DNA of 64,000 bases from Amoeboaphelidium protococcarum X5 (lineage: Eukaryota > Fungi > Aphelidiomycota), in the NCBI GenBank assembly GCA_023515725.1, contig JALDTO010000154.1, positions 1-64,000 of the forward strand, read 5' to 3'. Position 1 is the first letter of the stretch; each line of letters opens with the position of its first letter. The position numbers and the translations under genes are program-made. The notes beneath the pieces are model-generated. The model did not search any database and was not told the origin of the DNA. It saw only the letters and a list, made by a program, of their open reading frames with translations. This document shows, piece by piece, positions 27,108-42,957 of the stretch.

Positions 27108-28103
27108 TCACCAAGCTGGTCCGCTATCAGCTTTAGCCATGTCTCCCCAGCCGGCTTTCTCTTTTAAATCTACAGGCTTAATGTCCTCTTGCATTGCGGA
27201 TGAGTCTTTATGATTGCCATTGTCATTGCTATTATTTCCATTGTCCAGAGCAGCAGCTGGAGATCTGACACGATCATCATTCATATCACGACTGGAACGT
27301 CTTTCATCTCCCGGACGGTCACCATAACTTGGTCTTCTATCAAAACGGCCACCGTTCTCTCTTGCAGGAGGAGGCGGATCTCTTCTGCCGTAAGAAGATG
27401 ACGATGGTGGAGGCCCTTCCTCAAATCTTCTAGGCGGTCTGTCATCGTATCGTCTTGGAGGCGGCGGATAGTCTCTCGCACCATTACCACCATAGTCGCC
27501 TCCTCTGCCTCCAGGAGCACCATAACCTCCGCCCATTCTATCATCATAGCCACCAGGATAATAGTCGCCTCCTCTGCTTCCACCTCTAGGACCGCCATAA
27601 CCACCACCACGGGCAGCACCGGGTGAGCGAGATCTTTCGCGACCATAACCACCGCCGCCACCACCATAAGGCATCGGGCGATCATCATATCTATACAGGG
27701 GCGGTCCTTCTGGGTATCCTCTATCATACGCGCCAGCAGGAGGCGGCGGCATTCTTCCACCACGTCCACCACCATCTCCAGAGGGAGGTTCACGACAATC
27801 TCTGGCAAAGTGATTGGTTCTACCACAATTAAAACAGCCTCGATCCGAACGGTACGCAGGATCTCCCATTGGTCTCCTTTCTCCTCTTGCAAAGTCAACC
27901 AAAATGCCAGTACCAAGAACGGTAGAGGAACCATTCAGCGCATCCAAAGCCTTCTTTGCATCCTCCTCGCTCTCATAGTTCACGAAGCCATAACCTTTGC
28001 CGGGGATAACATCACAGCGCGACATTGGTCCAAACTTTTCAAACTGCTCTCTCAGCTACTCGCTGGTCACCTCCCTGCCCATTCTCGCCACGAATAAGCT
28101 CAT
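27108..28103 (-). CDS. RRM + CCHC zinc-knuckle RNA-binding protein (SR/RSZ-like, RGG-rich)
   Basis: KGYGFVNY RNP1, CFNCGRTNHFARDC knuckle, RSRSP and RGG repeats; start at ATG 28103 once TAG is read as Gln. Confidence 0.88.
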
Positions 28104-28893
28104 AATTATAGTTTTTATTATACGACTTAGTTTACCGGGTCGGAAAACTATTAATTGGCTTAACGTAAAAAAATAGAGTAAAACTTTCGCAAGTGGGCAC
28201 AAAAGTGTGGGCATAGAAAGGAAAAAAACGAATCTGCCCGAAGAACTCTCGCTGAAAATGGTGGCGACAACTGAAATCAGTTTTCCTCCAAATGCTCTCT
28301 CTGCAGACAATATTTGCTGCATTAACGAAAGGAAGAGTTACAGCATTATTATTCTCTAAAGAACGCGAAAATATTAAATAACTATGTAGCGTAATGGTAA
28401 TGCCTTACTACAGCAAGTGCTTCATCAATGGAAACACGGTTCCTAAATTAAAACAATATCGTCTTGTTAAGATTTACAAGCAAAAATCGCACAAATTTGC
28501 TATTCAACTCATTATAATACAATATTTGAAAAAGGGCTGATGATAACACCATTTCACACTTCACTATCTAACAGAGTATCGGCTCTTAAAGAAATAAGCC
28601 AGTAAAACTTTAAGTGATTTACATACAATAAGACAAAGAAAATCATCACGAGTGCCAGTTAATAAAAGAGGCGCCAGATAAAGAAACAAAACAGAACGAT
28701 CAGCGAGCAACCACTAAAGAGAGAGTACATACTGTAGTGGTGAATCACACACATTTAAACGCCCCTAAACAACGCACGAAACAAGAGAACGATCGCGCGC
28801 GCGTCTTCTTCTTCAGATTTCACAGTCACACAAAGGCAAAAGGTGGCGGCGCTGGTCTGGTTCTAGTCAGGAGAACGAACGAACGAACGGCGA

Positions 28894-30645
<1,752 letters not shown>

Positions 30646-30859
30646 ACAATCTGCGTCATGCAGATAAATTTAATTATACTCGGGATTAGTTCAGTTTCCA
30701 TACATTTCTTTCCTTTTCATGGCTTTGTAGTATTAGCATTTCGATAATCTCTTGCACTTGTAAAGACTTCTGTTATAAGAGTCTTCTTAACGTAATGCCT
30801 TGCTTATCGTTATTTATGACGACTATTGGACTTTGTAAATTAGATCATTGAGTGGGACG

Positions 30860-31680
30860 TCATCACAGTGAGGACCAAGAAAAAGTGGTAAAGAAAATAG
30901 AACTCAGGTGAACGACGTATGTATTGAACTCAACAAATCACGATGGCATTAAAATCAGGCTGTAACGACAGAGGAGTAAAGATTGACTGACGCGTATTGA
31001 ATATCAGAGTCGATCACCGTTTGAACCTTCTTCGTCACTTCTCCTCTGGCCATCTAACTTCCAAACAGGTTTTCAGGCTTTGCATCCCGGAGAATGTCAA
31101 AGTCTTCCAGGTTCTCTCTTCAGTCACAGTCGGGAGCACAAGCGGGACACCACATTCAAAGCTTACCGAAGCAGTTCCATCATATAGCCTTCGAACAAGG
31201 GGAGAGGCTGCTAGTTTAAAACTCAAGAGCACAAGGCAGCAGCCGCAACCTTTCCAAAATAGCATCATTACCAGTCTCTGAATCAGAAACAGAGTATCAG
31301 CAAGCTAGCTAGAAGGTAATCAGGACGTTCTCATGGCAGTGCACTCGCCCAAGAATCTTGGTCCTTCGCAGTGCATGCTCTAAAAACTATGATTTCCATT
31401 GCTGACAGCCTGATACCGTGGAGGGGTAGAGGCAGATGCAAAGCTACTAGGACCACCTCAACACCTTAATACTCGATGGAACTCTTAGACAGGCAATTGC
31501 CATCTCAATTAATGATGTCCGTGAATATGGAGCCTTCCGGAACGCCCAACAAGTAGCAGCAGAATAGCACACTCTAGCCACAGCGCTGGCGCCAAACAGA
31601 GTAGTAGTCTTGGTAAGAGAAGTAGTTTCGGCATTAGATGCTTCACTAAAATCGCAAGATTCTCCAGCAATATACATTTT
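30860..31680 (-). ncRNA. Putative large structured RNA, unidentified (boundaries approximate)
   Basis: No recognisable protein. TATATAAA at 31810-31803; C(UUCG)G and C(UCCG)G tetraloop hairpins; two perfect 10-bp long-range helices; G-U pairs favour the minus strand. Confidence 0.6.
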
Positions 31681-32539
31681 AATTTCGTAAATGTGTAGAG
31701 CCAGAGGGATAAGAGTTAGTGTGGGGTAGTATTTGCACATTGAGCATATTTATTCATATTGCGTGATAGTACGTTCTGCATGTTTAAAGCAAGCATCACC
31801 ATTTTATATAGACACTGCACATCAACAGCCGCAATTAAACTACCATCCTATTTTTCTAAGAGGCCAATATTTTCAGTTAAAGGCGCAGATTGCTCGCAGT
31901 ACCACCACCACCAGCATATGTGTACAAAGTCAGCATGAAATATAAGAGAGAGAGAAGGAGAAGAAGAAGAGAAATCATTCGGCCAACGCTTTAAGAGCCG
32001 TCCGTATTTTGTTGAAACGAGAAGAGGCGTTTCACTTGCACGCGATCTCACGCGTCATGTAATTTTCAAAAACCGTTTCTGAGCAAAGCCAGCAATATGA
32101 TTAAACGCATGTGATTGTAAAAAAGTTTATCACACTTGAGTTACAAAGTAATAGCAGAATCGCTAGTTGCAATACACACTAACACAGTGAGAACTCATAG
32201 AAAACATCCTTGAAACTTGATCACATAACCAAATGCAGGCATGTGACAATCATTAATTAGACTGTACCAGAATTCCAGGGAATAAACAGCAGTTATAATG
32301 GTATCTCATCATACAAGCACTCCTTGTTGTGTCAAATAATGTATATTTTAACAAATGGCTCGAATATAACACGTTAACATTCGTCATAAGATTTGTATAG
32401 GAGAAAAGAAGAGGCAACTTCAGGCACGACGGACGCGCTCAGAAATTTCTCTTCTTTCCTTTCAGCAAAATTCACATTAAAGTTTTCACGCAATTCCAGT
32501 TGTTGAAACCATCATAATTAGTAAAGTTTGAAAAAAATT

Positions 32540-33391
32540 ATGAGTTATGGTGGTGAAAGTTAGAAGAATAGCATGAGTGGCAGCTAGTAGAGTACGGCTC
32601 ATTCTGTGATATTTGATGGTAATACTTCTCCTCAGTCTCAATAGCAACAGTAGTACTACTCCTAAGGATAGTAATAAGCTGGATATGGCAGTGAGTAATT
32701 ACAGTTTTATAATAGTGGAATGTCGATGATGAATTAATAATAAGGATAGTAGTATAACACATAAGGCAATTTTCCCATGGGTGGTGGAGTAAATGGTAAT
32801 ATTAGCGGTGTAATGGGTGGTATTGATGCGAAAGATCGGTTATATGTTGGACATCCGTTCGGTACTGGTGCGTATGCTGATGAAAGTCCACTGCTGGAGG
32901 AATTAGGTATAAACTTTTCACATATATGGAGCAAGTCTGTTAGTGTCCTTAATATATTTCGGTCACCAGATAGACATATCATGGATGATACGGATCTTGC
33001 TGGACCCATTGTATTTTGTATTCTATTTGGATCGTTCCTCCTGCTGAGTGGTAAAGTACACTTTGGATACGTGTATGGACTCGCTGTGGTTGGATGTGTG
33101 TCCATGTGGATGATATTGAACCTGATGAGTGAGAATGGTATAGATGGGTACAAGACCAGCTCTGTGCTCGGTTACTGTTTGCTGCCGATGGTCATCCTGT
33201 CCAGTGTGTCTATACTCTTGAAGGTGGTTGGTTAGGTTGGTCTCATATTTGCCGTGCTCAGTATTGCATGGTGTACGTATAGCGCATCTACTATGTTTGT
33301 CACTGTGCTGGGTATGAAGGATTAGAGGTTGCTCGTTGGCTATCCTGTTGGACTGTTCTACACTGCATTTGCCATGCTCACTATATTTTGA
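32540..33391 (+). CDS. YIP1: Yip1/YIPF5 ER-Golgi membrane protein
   Basis: DESPLLEELGINF, DDTDLAGP, GKVHFGYVYG and SVLGYCLLPMV motifs; Q-rich N-terminus. Confidence 0.93.
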
Positions 33392-33698
33392 TACGTCATG
33401 TTTTTAAGACTTAAAAAATCAAATATAAAAGATGACCTTATGAAAACATTGATTTCATATTACTCTTATCGTCAATAATTACTAAAATTTGACCCATATT
33501 AAAACTGCTATTATTAAAATTGATATTGATTAAAAGCTCGGCGATAAGCTACCCTTGAATGGACATTAATTTATAGTGAAATGGTTAGCAGATACCATAT
33601 ATAGATACGTGTGTAGGTAGCCTTCTTCCGATGTAGATGTTAAAATATAGATTGTAGGTAGGTTCAACTTATCATGCTTGCCAGAATAGCCAGCTGAC

Positions 33699-35546
33699 TC
33701 AGCATAGTAAGTTTTTCACACTCAGCTTCTCCGTGCTGTCAGTGTTGTTGTTGTTGTTGTTATTATTATTAGGACTTTCCTAACCAGATAATCCTCTCTT
33801 GCGCTAAGGCACCAACGTCAGAGCATCCACAGTTCTCCCACCACCAGACTGATGAGCCAAATCATCCGCCATAACACTAACACTATCATCAGGCTTTACA
33901 GTTCTCTACTGACTGATGTCCTCTTTCAGCGAGATACTGGCATCATGCGTCTAATGAACAAAATCAGAAGCCCCATTGCCATGTTCGGGAGCATTCACAG
34001 ATGCGCGGCCATCCATCCCGCTATGCTATTGCATTGCCACATTCGGTCCTGGAGTACCATCAGTATGAGCGGTGGAAGCAAAGTTGTTAGAGGAGGGCGA
34101 AGAGGAAGGCATAGAGCTGGAGTTCATAGCATCTGAACTCATCCAAGAATGTGAAGCCAAGGTAGAATTGCTGATATAACTCTGGGATGGAATAGTGCTC
34201 TCAGTGATCGTATTACTAGGGATATTGGATACAGTGTTTGTAGTAGCAGTAGTTGTAGTCTTGGCCCCATTTGTAGCTGAGCCAGTCATATTAACCACAC
34301 CGCCACCGTCAACGCCATTTGCGCGGCCTTCACTATTACCACTGCTATTGCTTTTATCACCGCCGTTTCCATTCCCACCATTCCCATTCAACTGCTCGCG
34401 CTCCTTCTTTTTCAGCTTGGCATAGATAAGACCACACGCATTGCATAGAGTTCTCGGACCCAACGGACCTTTGCGCCACTCTGGGGTCTCCGTTGCATGA
34501 CAAGACTGACATTTTAACGGCTCCCCGTCCGTACCAACAGAAGTGACTGTACGTGAACGCTTACTACTGCTCGTCTTGATCTTCTTAATCTAGCTCAGCG
34601 GCCCAGACTTCAACTCGGAATCGCTATTATTATTACTATTACTTCCCAGACTGCGCTATGACTGAGATGTCGGGAACAGCTGCTAAGAGTGATCACCATC
34701 AGAGGACTTTAGACTACTGAACTGTATTAGATCACGTCCTTCAAACATGTTCACTATATTCTTCGCAGTGTAGTACAAGTCATTCAATGTCTGCACCGTA
34801 GGCACCTCAGACTAAGACAGAGCAGTCACATTATCGCACATGGACATTAGGATTCTGTATCTCTAAATGTCCCAATACGACGGCTGATTCACAGAGTCTG
34901 GTGGAGACACAGCTGGTTGCGGTAGAGACAATGAACGCTATGCAATCTAGTACGAATATGGAGCCTGCGATACATGGATTCCATCACCATACCCGCCTCC
35001 ACCACCAGGTGACATGGCGTGGCGCAATGAGCGCCCATCCATAACGCCACCGCCACCACCACTAACTCTGGCCGCCTACTAGAAATAACTGTCAACAACA
35101 ACAGGAGGAGACAGGCGCGTATGACTAAGATCATTAGTCACGGCGGTCACACTCATTCCAGATGGAGTTGCAACGGATCTACTATTGTACGCATCAGAAT
35201 GACCAACGGGATGACAATTTGCATAATCAGTAAACACCGGCTAGCTTTCATACTGAGAGGGAGTCAGCATAGGCTACTGCAACATCATATGTTACTACTA
35301 CTGCTACTAATCCTGCTAATGCTACTATTACTGCATCAAAGGTTGAAGCGAATACTGATGTTACTGCTGCGGAAACTGCTACTAATCGTCAGATCTTCTA
35401 TGAAGAGCAGAAGAAGACGACGAGGATATAACACTATTCTAGTACTACATCCCAGGCCCAGATCTAGAAACACCATCCATTGTAGAGGGAATTTATTGAT
35501 GTTATTGTTGTTATTATTACTGATGATAACTATAACCAAAATCCAT
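33699..35546 (-). CDS. GATA zinc-finger transcription factor (CX2C-X18-CX2C); putative 5'UTR intron 35644-35704
   Basis: [32 protein letters not shown]; polyQ/N low-complexity regions partly encoded by TAA/TAG; 615 aa. Confidence 0.88.
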
Positions 35547-36559
35547 CACTTCTATACTTTCTAATCTTAGATTAAATACTCTTCAAAAACGATACTATAT
35601 TGTCCAGTCTTTGTAGATGCAGTATATATGTATTATATGTAGTCTACACTTACTTAATTATGTTTAGGGGGTGATTGGATAATATGCACACAAGGAAATC
35701 TTACTGATAGAATCACACAGCTCAGTAGTCACACACAGCAATTGTAGATATTTAAGAGCAGATTCAAGATTTTACTGAGATGTTGTTGACGATGATCGCG
35801 CAATGAATAGGAATGAATGAGTGAGTGAGTATAAGTAGTGTCAATATGGGGAATTTCTGCCGACGATTGCTGTGATTCAAGCGCGAGTCAAGGGGTATCG
35901 ACTGTGTGTGAAAAGTGATCAAATTGCAATGACATTTCGCGCGGAGATTTTGATGCGCGGTCGGAATATTTGAAATAGGCCCCAGGGGTGGCCGATCGAT
36001 TTCATAATGATTCATTAGTCTACACTCTGTGTATATATCAAATGCGTAGATGTTATAGGGGTCTTCAAAAAGTGTGTATAAAGTAGCTTATCAGAAAGTT
36101 GTGTCGCGAACTAATACTGAAATCAAGATGACGTATGTCAATTCACACATGGTGATTATCTAAATTCTTAATCAAAGGCTTAAAAGCATGACGATTCTTT
36201 CCTTTGGACTGACGGACGGATGGACGGCCGTAAACAATAATTTTCGGTAAATCGGCAAAGGAATAATCATCACTTTCATTTATTCGTGTCGATCGTTTCA
36301 GCCCAACAAACAAGCGCGATGTCTCGGTCGATTGTCGTTTCACCAATAGTTGTTGATTGTTTCGTCGCCGTGGTTGTTTCCTTCCTTCCTTCCTTTCTAG
36401 TGTTATCTGCTCATAAAATCCCGCAACAGTTAGCAAAAATTGTGCATAGTTGGTTATTCATCTCAAGATATTACTCATCATTATCCTGCTTTTGCATTAT
36501 AGTATCTGTATTGGTACAACTTGCAACATATTGAATTAAAGTAATTCTGATAATTAGAG

Positions 36560-39500
36560 ATGCTAACATTGCCTAGCAAGTGTGAGATCACTGCTCTCTG
36601 GGAGACTGTGGAGTAGTTCAAGTATTTTGTATTGTAAAAGAGTAGAGGCGCAGAGAATATCTTGTGGAAAAGTGTTGTGGATACTATACAGAACGTATTT
36701 GATACTAAATAACTACCATACAGGATATTGTTGAAGCATAATATGAATGCACCAATTAATGGAGAACATGCTCAGTTAGTTGCTGTTGCCAATGAGAGGA
36801 ACGAGATCGATCGGGACTGGGAAGTTGTTTGTAAGATTTTGAATGAAGTTATTGCATTGGATGATCCCGATGAAATTGTCAACTACTGTATAATCAAAGT
36901 CCAATCTCTTGTGGCAGCCTCTAACCGACCTGTGGATGAGACCAGTAGTGACGAAAAGTTCCGTAATGCTAGTCGCTCCTTCAGGACCATCTTCAACCTG
37001 GCAGAGAATGAACGTCTGGTAAACTTTTATCCTTGTGCGTGTTAGAAATTCCAGAATTAAGGCTGGCTGTACGTTGGTGAGAATTATGTGGGCTTCTACG
37101 CGTACGTTGTCGGTGCAGAGACAAAGGTTTTCATAGAGATGAAGGATATAGTGGAGGTTAAGAAGGAGCGGACTAAAGGAGGCCTCTTGGATGATGGCTT
37201 GCGAGTAATCACCCAAGACAAGAAGAGTCATTTATTTTTTAATATGATATTCAATCGAGATGATGCGTTCAGGTTGATTGAGCAGTTGGCTAGTTCTGCT
37301 GCTCAGGCTATTCTTAAGCACGCCACTACTTCAGATTCCCCTGGTGGATAGATTGTTACAGATGTTACAAAGCCTCGAGGTCCGAGTGGATTGTAGAGTG
37401 TCGATGCCATTAAGTCTTCTGTTACTTCTGGCAATAAAAAGAAAGGCACATTATCATCATCATTCCAACAGGGCACGTAGGAAACTCTAAGAAATAATTT
37501 AGAGCTGGAGAATAGAAATCGAAATTTTTAATAATTGTTTAGTCTCCCTTCGCAATCTACTCTTTTGGATGAGAGCAAAGCTGTGTTTTGGATGATGGAC
37601 AATGTGGAGTTTGGTCGATATTATGGTAGATTGTATCTGGGTGATTGTCACATGTGCTTCATGAATGATGATGGTGTCTTATGGGCTATCATGCCGTATT
37701 TCGGTATTAGGAAGTTGGAACGAGTTAATACTGCCAATTAGATGCATGCGATTGTGGCCACAACTCTTCATGGTCAACGCTGGAGTTTTTAAATCGGTGC
37801 GGATTCTTTGGTGTGTGATAGGATCTGCGATAGATTGAGAGATTGTCTGAAGAGTCATATGTAGAATGCAAAGAATATTAAAGATTACATTCGCAACTCC
37901 ACTATTGAAAGGTTATTGGACGGTTAGACTAGTATCGAGCATGGCGGTTTCGGACTAAAGTATGGATTCATTGGTGATTAAAAAAAGAATAAAGAAAAGA
38001 CCAAGATGAAGTATTGGATGCAGTATTTCCAAGAGAACGGACGTAACGTAGCAATGGTGTACACGCCAAAGATGATGAGACTGATACGTATTGGTCTACC
38101 TAGTGTTTTTAGAGGTGAATTGTGGGAGTTGTGCGCAGGAGCATTTTGGGACAGATTTCAGCACTAGGGAGAAGTTTAGCGCTTACTTGACGAGTTCAAA
38201 GACACTAAAAGTATGTCCATGGAGGAGATTGAGAAGGATTTGAACAGATCACTGCCCGAGTATCCAGCGTATTAATCTGAGGTTGGTATAAATTCTCTGC
38301 GCCGGGTGCTTTAAGCTTACTCATTTAGGAATCCAGAGTTGGGATATTGTCAGGCAATGAATATTGTCACCTCAGTCTTGCTGATCTATATGAGTGAGGA
38401 GCAGGCCTTTTGGACACTTGCAGCCATGTGCGAAAAGCTGTTGCCTGGCTATTATAGCACCACTATGTACGGGGCTATGAATGATTAGCAAGTTTTCGAA
38501 TCTCTCATCTAGAAAACTATGCCTGTCGTTACTGAACATTTTAAACAGCTCGATATTCAGTTGTCTGTTGCGTCTCTCCCATGGTTCCTCACACTGTTTA
38601 TCAACTCTATGAATATGTCACATGCTTTGAGGGTGATGGATTGGTTTTTCGTTGAAGGACCGAAGGTCTTATTTCAGATCGCTCTGGCTATCATCAAAAT
38701 TAATGGCGATTCCCTGCTAGCAGCAACTGATGATGGTGAAATCATGAACATATTCAAGTCCTATTTCTCCACTTTGGATAATCCTGTCGAGAATGTTGTC
38801 ACTGTGACGGGCAAGTAGTTGAGTAAGTTTAACCAGCTGATTGTCATTGCCGGTAGGGAATTCTCTTCCGTCACCACAGACTGTATTGAAGATATGAGAA
38901 AGAGTCACCAGCTTAAAGTCGTGCATGGTATTGAGTCTTTTGCAAAGAGAAGTGCAATTAGATATGTGTCTGAGCGAAGTAAACTGACCAAAGATTAATT
39001 GAGTCTTTTGTATGATAAATTCTACTCTGTCTAGTATTATGCTTAGAGACGTGCTATGGAGTAGAAAGGATCTATCGAGCCTTCGAAGATGAATTTCATA
39101 ACGTTTAAACAATTAATGTCTGAGGTGGCTCTGTGGGCAAAAGATCAAGCGCCGTTAAGTCCAATGATGGATTCATCTGGCGCTTCAGATGGTAATGTCA
39201 AGTTTGGTGGTTTGGATAAGAGGGAAGATGAAGAGGATAAGCGCGGCAAGGATTTTTGGAATCGGTTATGGACGCGTTTTGATCAGAAGAGTAAAGGCCA
39301 TTTAAAGTTTGAAGATGTGGCTATCGGACTCTCCAAAATTGTATGTACTGATCTCCTTGGCCGTATAGAGTGGATTTTTAATTTGTACGATTCCAATTCT
39401 GATGGGAGACTTGAGAATGATGATATTATTTAACTTTCTGAAGGTCTTTTATATCTACTGCGGAATGATAGTGATGGGGATGTTGCTTTGACTTCAATGT

Positions 39501-40438
39501 CTACATTTCTCACCAGATGCTATGAATTTTGCGATATCATCACAGACTCTGAGTCTTAATCGGGTAGTGCTGTAAGCTCTCCAGTGCATGAGGACTCTGT
39601 CTCTATGAGCAGAAGTGGTAGTAGTGGTTAGATGTTGGATACGATGGTGGACAATCAAGTCCGAAATAAACGGTTAAGTGTCGGTGCTCTTCGTGCTGTG
39701 ATTTTGGCTGATGCTTATCTCGAGCATTACTTTGATAAGACGATGCCTGAGCACTTTATATCTCTGCTTGAAAAGCCTAGTGTCTATCATACGCAGGAAG
39801 TACATACTTCACACAGGAAAGAGATTATTGATTAGCTTTGGAATAATACTAGAACTACTATGAAGGGCATATTCGCTAGGCGTAAGAAAACTGTATCTCA
39901 ACCGTAATATGAAGGCGCCTTGGATTAAAATGGTGATGCTCAAAGTGCGTCCGAAATGTCATCTTCTGGAAGAATTGAGACTGCCAGCGATACTTCTTCG
40001 TAATATGCGTCTATGAACTAGTAGCATCAGTAGGCGTAACCTCTTATCAGTCCTCTTAAGGATGTAAGAATTAATCCGATATCACCAGATTCTGATCGCA
40101 CTCCGGAAATTCTCCTTGAGGTGGATCAATTATTGTAAGGCTTGGATTTCTCTACCGATAATAACAAGACGTCCGCGTCAATGGGATCGAATGACGCTAA
40201 TAGTGGTAGTACTAATTAATCCAGCTCTGTTAATGGCAAATCGCTTTTGGATGATATGGACAATGATGCTCTGCTCATACCAGATATGAACACAATGCCA
40301 CCAAATGTCGGGCGGAAATCTGGTGACGATTAGGGAGATGATTTTGATCTGAAAGATTTTGAATCAGCCAACTCGAATCTTGTGCCTCTTGATGAGGATA
40401 TTGAGAAGTTTCTGCGTGAGCTTGATGCTAAAAGTTGA
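36560..40438 (+). CDS. MDR1: GRAM-GRAM-TBC-EF-hand Rab GAP (Mdr1/Gyp2, TBC1D8/9 family)
   Basis: ERLVNFYPC (GRAM), [35 protein letters not shown]-hand YDSNSDGRL; 1292 aa. Confidence 0.9.
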
Positions 40439-40575
40439 TTTTGTTAATATGATATCAGCATAAAAATATACTAAATTGATGTATCATACTTTATTCTTCT
40501 TCAGGATTACTGGCTATCTTTTCAAAATACTGTCTTCATAGTGTACGAAATCTCACCAAAGCAAAGTATAAACTC

Positions 40576-42957
40576 TCACTCATCCTCGTCCAGACTGTAA
40601 TCGCCGTATTCAAACATACCGATGCGATCCATTTTGGCCTCACGCTACAGATACAGCAACTCTTTAACTTTGTCGTCCTCGCTATCCTTACCAGCGACAA
40701 TCTTTGAATCCACCTGCGCCCAGCCACCTGATACTAATTCCGCATTAACAGAGTCCAGAATACTTTGATGATTCGCATAATACAAAGTCACATAATCCTC
40801 CCCGGCCAGCTGGTACTCAACAGTCGCCTGAAATTGCTTAGAATCGACAATGGCACTTTCCAGATAAGCTTTAGCATCAGGACCATAATCTGAATCGATT
40901 GGAGGTGCTTTTACAAATGCCAATCTCAACTCTTTTTCCTTTGGGCCTTCAGACAATAACTTGGCCGCAATTCTACCAGCATCTATTACTCGCACCACTT
41001 CAACATTGATACTGTACGGCTTGAACTCCTACTTCTACTAAACTTGCGACAACTTACCACTCTCAGATGACGGCTAGCTGACTGACCAGATGCCAAATTT
41101 ACTTTTCTTGGCGCGAGACTCAGCTTCGTACAGCTACTGGGCAAACTTCAACTTATCTGCATACCATACAGAAGCGAATCCCTTCTCCACCAACTTTATT
41201 GCCAAATTACCCTTGTCACCAGACATCAAATGCAAATTGCCGATAAAGTTCCCGCCCTTGTCAATATTGTCCACCTCAATAAGTACGTCGTGCTGCAAAA
41301 TCAGACGGCTCACATAAGCAGTAGCTTCATCAGCAAATGGCTCAGACTTGTCTTGAGGAGTACGACCAGACCGTGGAACTTTGACACCGGCCAACAGAAA
41401 AGACAATTTACATTACTGCTTAGGCAAATACAATCTCAACCTGCCGGCATTAGAAACATACTCAACCACAGCTTGAATTTATCCAGCACGCTGGAATGCA
41501 TTCAAAAAAGACTTGGCCTTAGTTGCAGACTCAGAGGCATCATTGATTCTGACTATGGGCACCTGTTTATCGCTCCATACACCCTTCTTACCAGATTTCG
41601 CTTTATCTTCAGCCATAAATAATTGATCATAATGATGAGATCGATCATTATCATCTTTCTTGTGTCTCAAAACGTATCCGAAACCTTTCGTGATTAAAGC
41701 CTCAGCAATGTTCAATGGGCCCATGGTGACGGTGGCACAAGTCTTGTCATCATAATCCTCCCCACCCTCCTTCTCATACTCAACACTAACGTGTACTTTC
41801 TACCCGATGAGTTTGGAGCGCATATACTCTCTAGCCTCCAGATTGTAGAAAGATTCCTTCTCATCCTTGGCTCGTGGTGGACGGAAACTGGATAAAGAGA
41901 TTTTACGCTCCTGCGACAAATCTGATGGATTACCAATAGTCAGAGTATCAGCATTAACAATTCTGGTGACTATTCCATCAAACTGCTTCTTCCCAGTTCC
42001 AATTGAGGATTGCGATTGCTTCTACTATGACTGCAGAGAAGACTGGTACGTGACAGGAGACTGATTCCAGATACGCAACTACTTAGATTGTGCCTCTTGC
42101 TATGCACTCTTATACTTGTCTGCATCAGCACTAAGACTGGACAGCTGCCAGTCCACAATCTAGGCAAATCCATTAGCTAGCAGAAGCTCAGCAATGTTAC
42201 CAGCCGGGTGGGTTACAGTTCCATAAAAGTTCTGTCCGACCGCACCTTCAAAAACAACATTCACCGATCTCTGCAACAGTCTACTCTCCACAAAGAACTT
42301 GGCTTCCTCAGCATATGGCTCCACCAGATCTTCCTATCCCGGAACATCCTTTCTATAGATGGGGCACTGAATAGCAGACAGAGCAAAATTGAACATTTGA
42401 TAGTCAGAAGTTAGCACCTTGAAGTTGCCTGCATCATTGATCCGTTCAATAATGACGGGAACTTCCTACTTACCATACTTCTTTACGAGTTGCAACGCGT
42501 CAATCTGTGGACTATAATTAATGCTGACCACGGAGCGGCTATCATCACCGGACTTGGCCCAAATTCCTACTCCCTTCTCCTAGGCCTCAGCTTCATATTG
42601 ACTCAGTAATTGCACCTGTTCATTAGCATCTTTAGTTCTCAACTATGTGCACCCATTCTATACAGACAGTTCAGCCACATTCTCACCATTGAAGACAAGA
42701 GTAACATTCTCACGGCCAGACATGGTCTTGTACTCAACTTTAAACTCGACCAGCTTGCCCACTAGCATCTTACGTAGAAACTCTCTACTCTCAAAAGCGT
42801 AATACTCATCACCCTGATCATCTCTCCTACCAAGACGCGGCGACTGAACATAGGCCAAGTTAAGAACACGTTCCATTGGAGGTTTACCAGCAACTGGATT
42901 ATTTCTCACAACAATAGTGTCTCCAGACAGCACGCATTTGACTATACCTTTTTACAT
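40576..42957 (-). CDS. SND1: Staphylococcal nuclease domain protein (Tudor-SN/SND1) lacking the Tudor insert
   Basis: [44 protein letters not shown]; ends GMFEYGDY; 793 aa. Confidence 0.9.

Noticed and set aside
30980-31670. Group I intron P/Q/R/S-like words (TTGCTGGAGA, TCAGCA, TTCAGAGACTG)
   Set aside because: No proper S element, J8/7 or complete P7, and no host exons.
31297-31677. Minus-strand ORF as an ODC antizyme with a +1 frameshift (TGG TCC TAG)
   Set aside because: TAG is not a stop here and no antizyme domain appears in the downstream frames.
30860-31810. Confident call as telomerase RNA
   Set aside because: No CUAACCCU or AACCCUG template found on either strand of the region.
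33740-35530. (TTG)n, (TTA)n and (CTA)n microsatellite-like tracts
   Set aside because: They are coding polyN/polyQ runs within the GATA factor.
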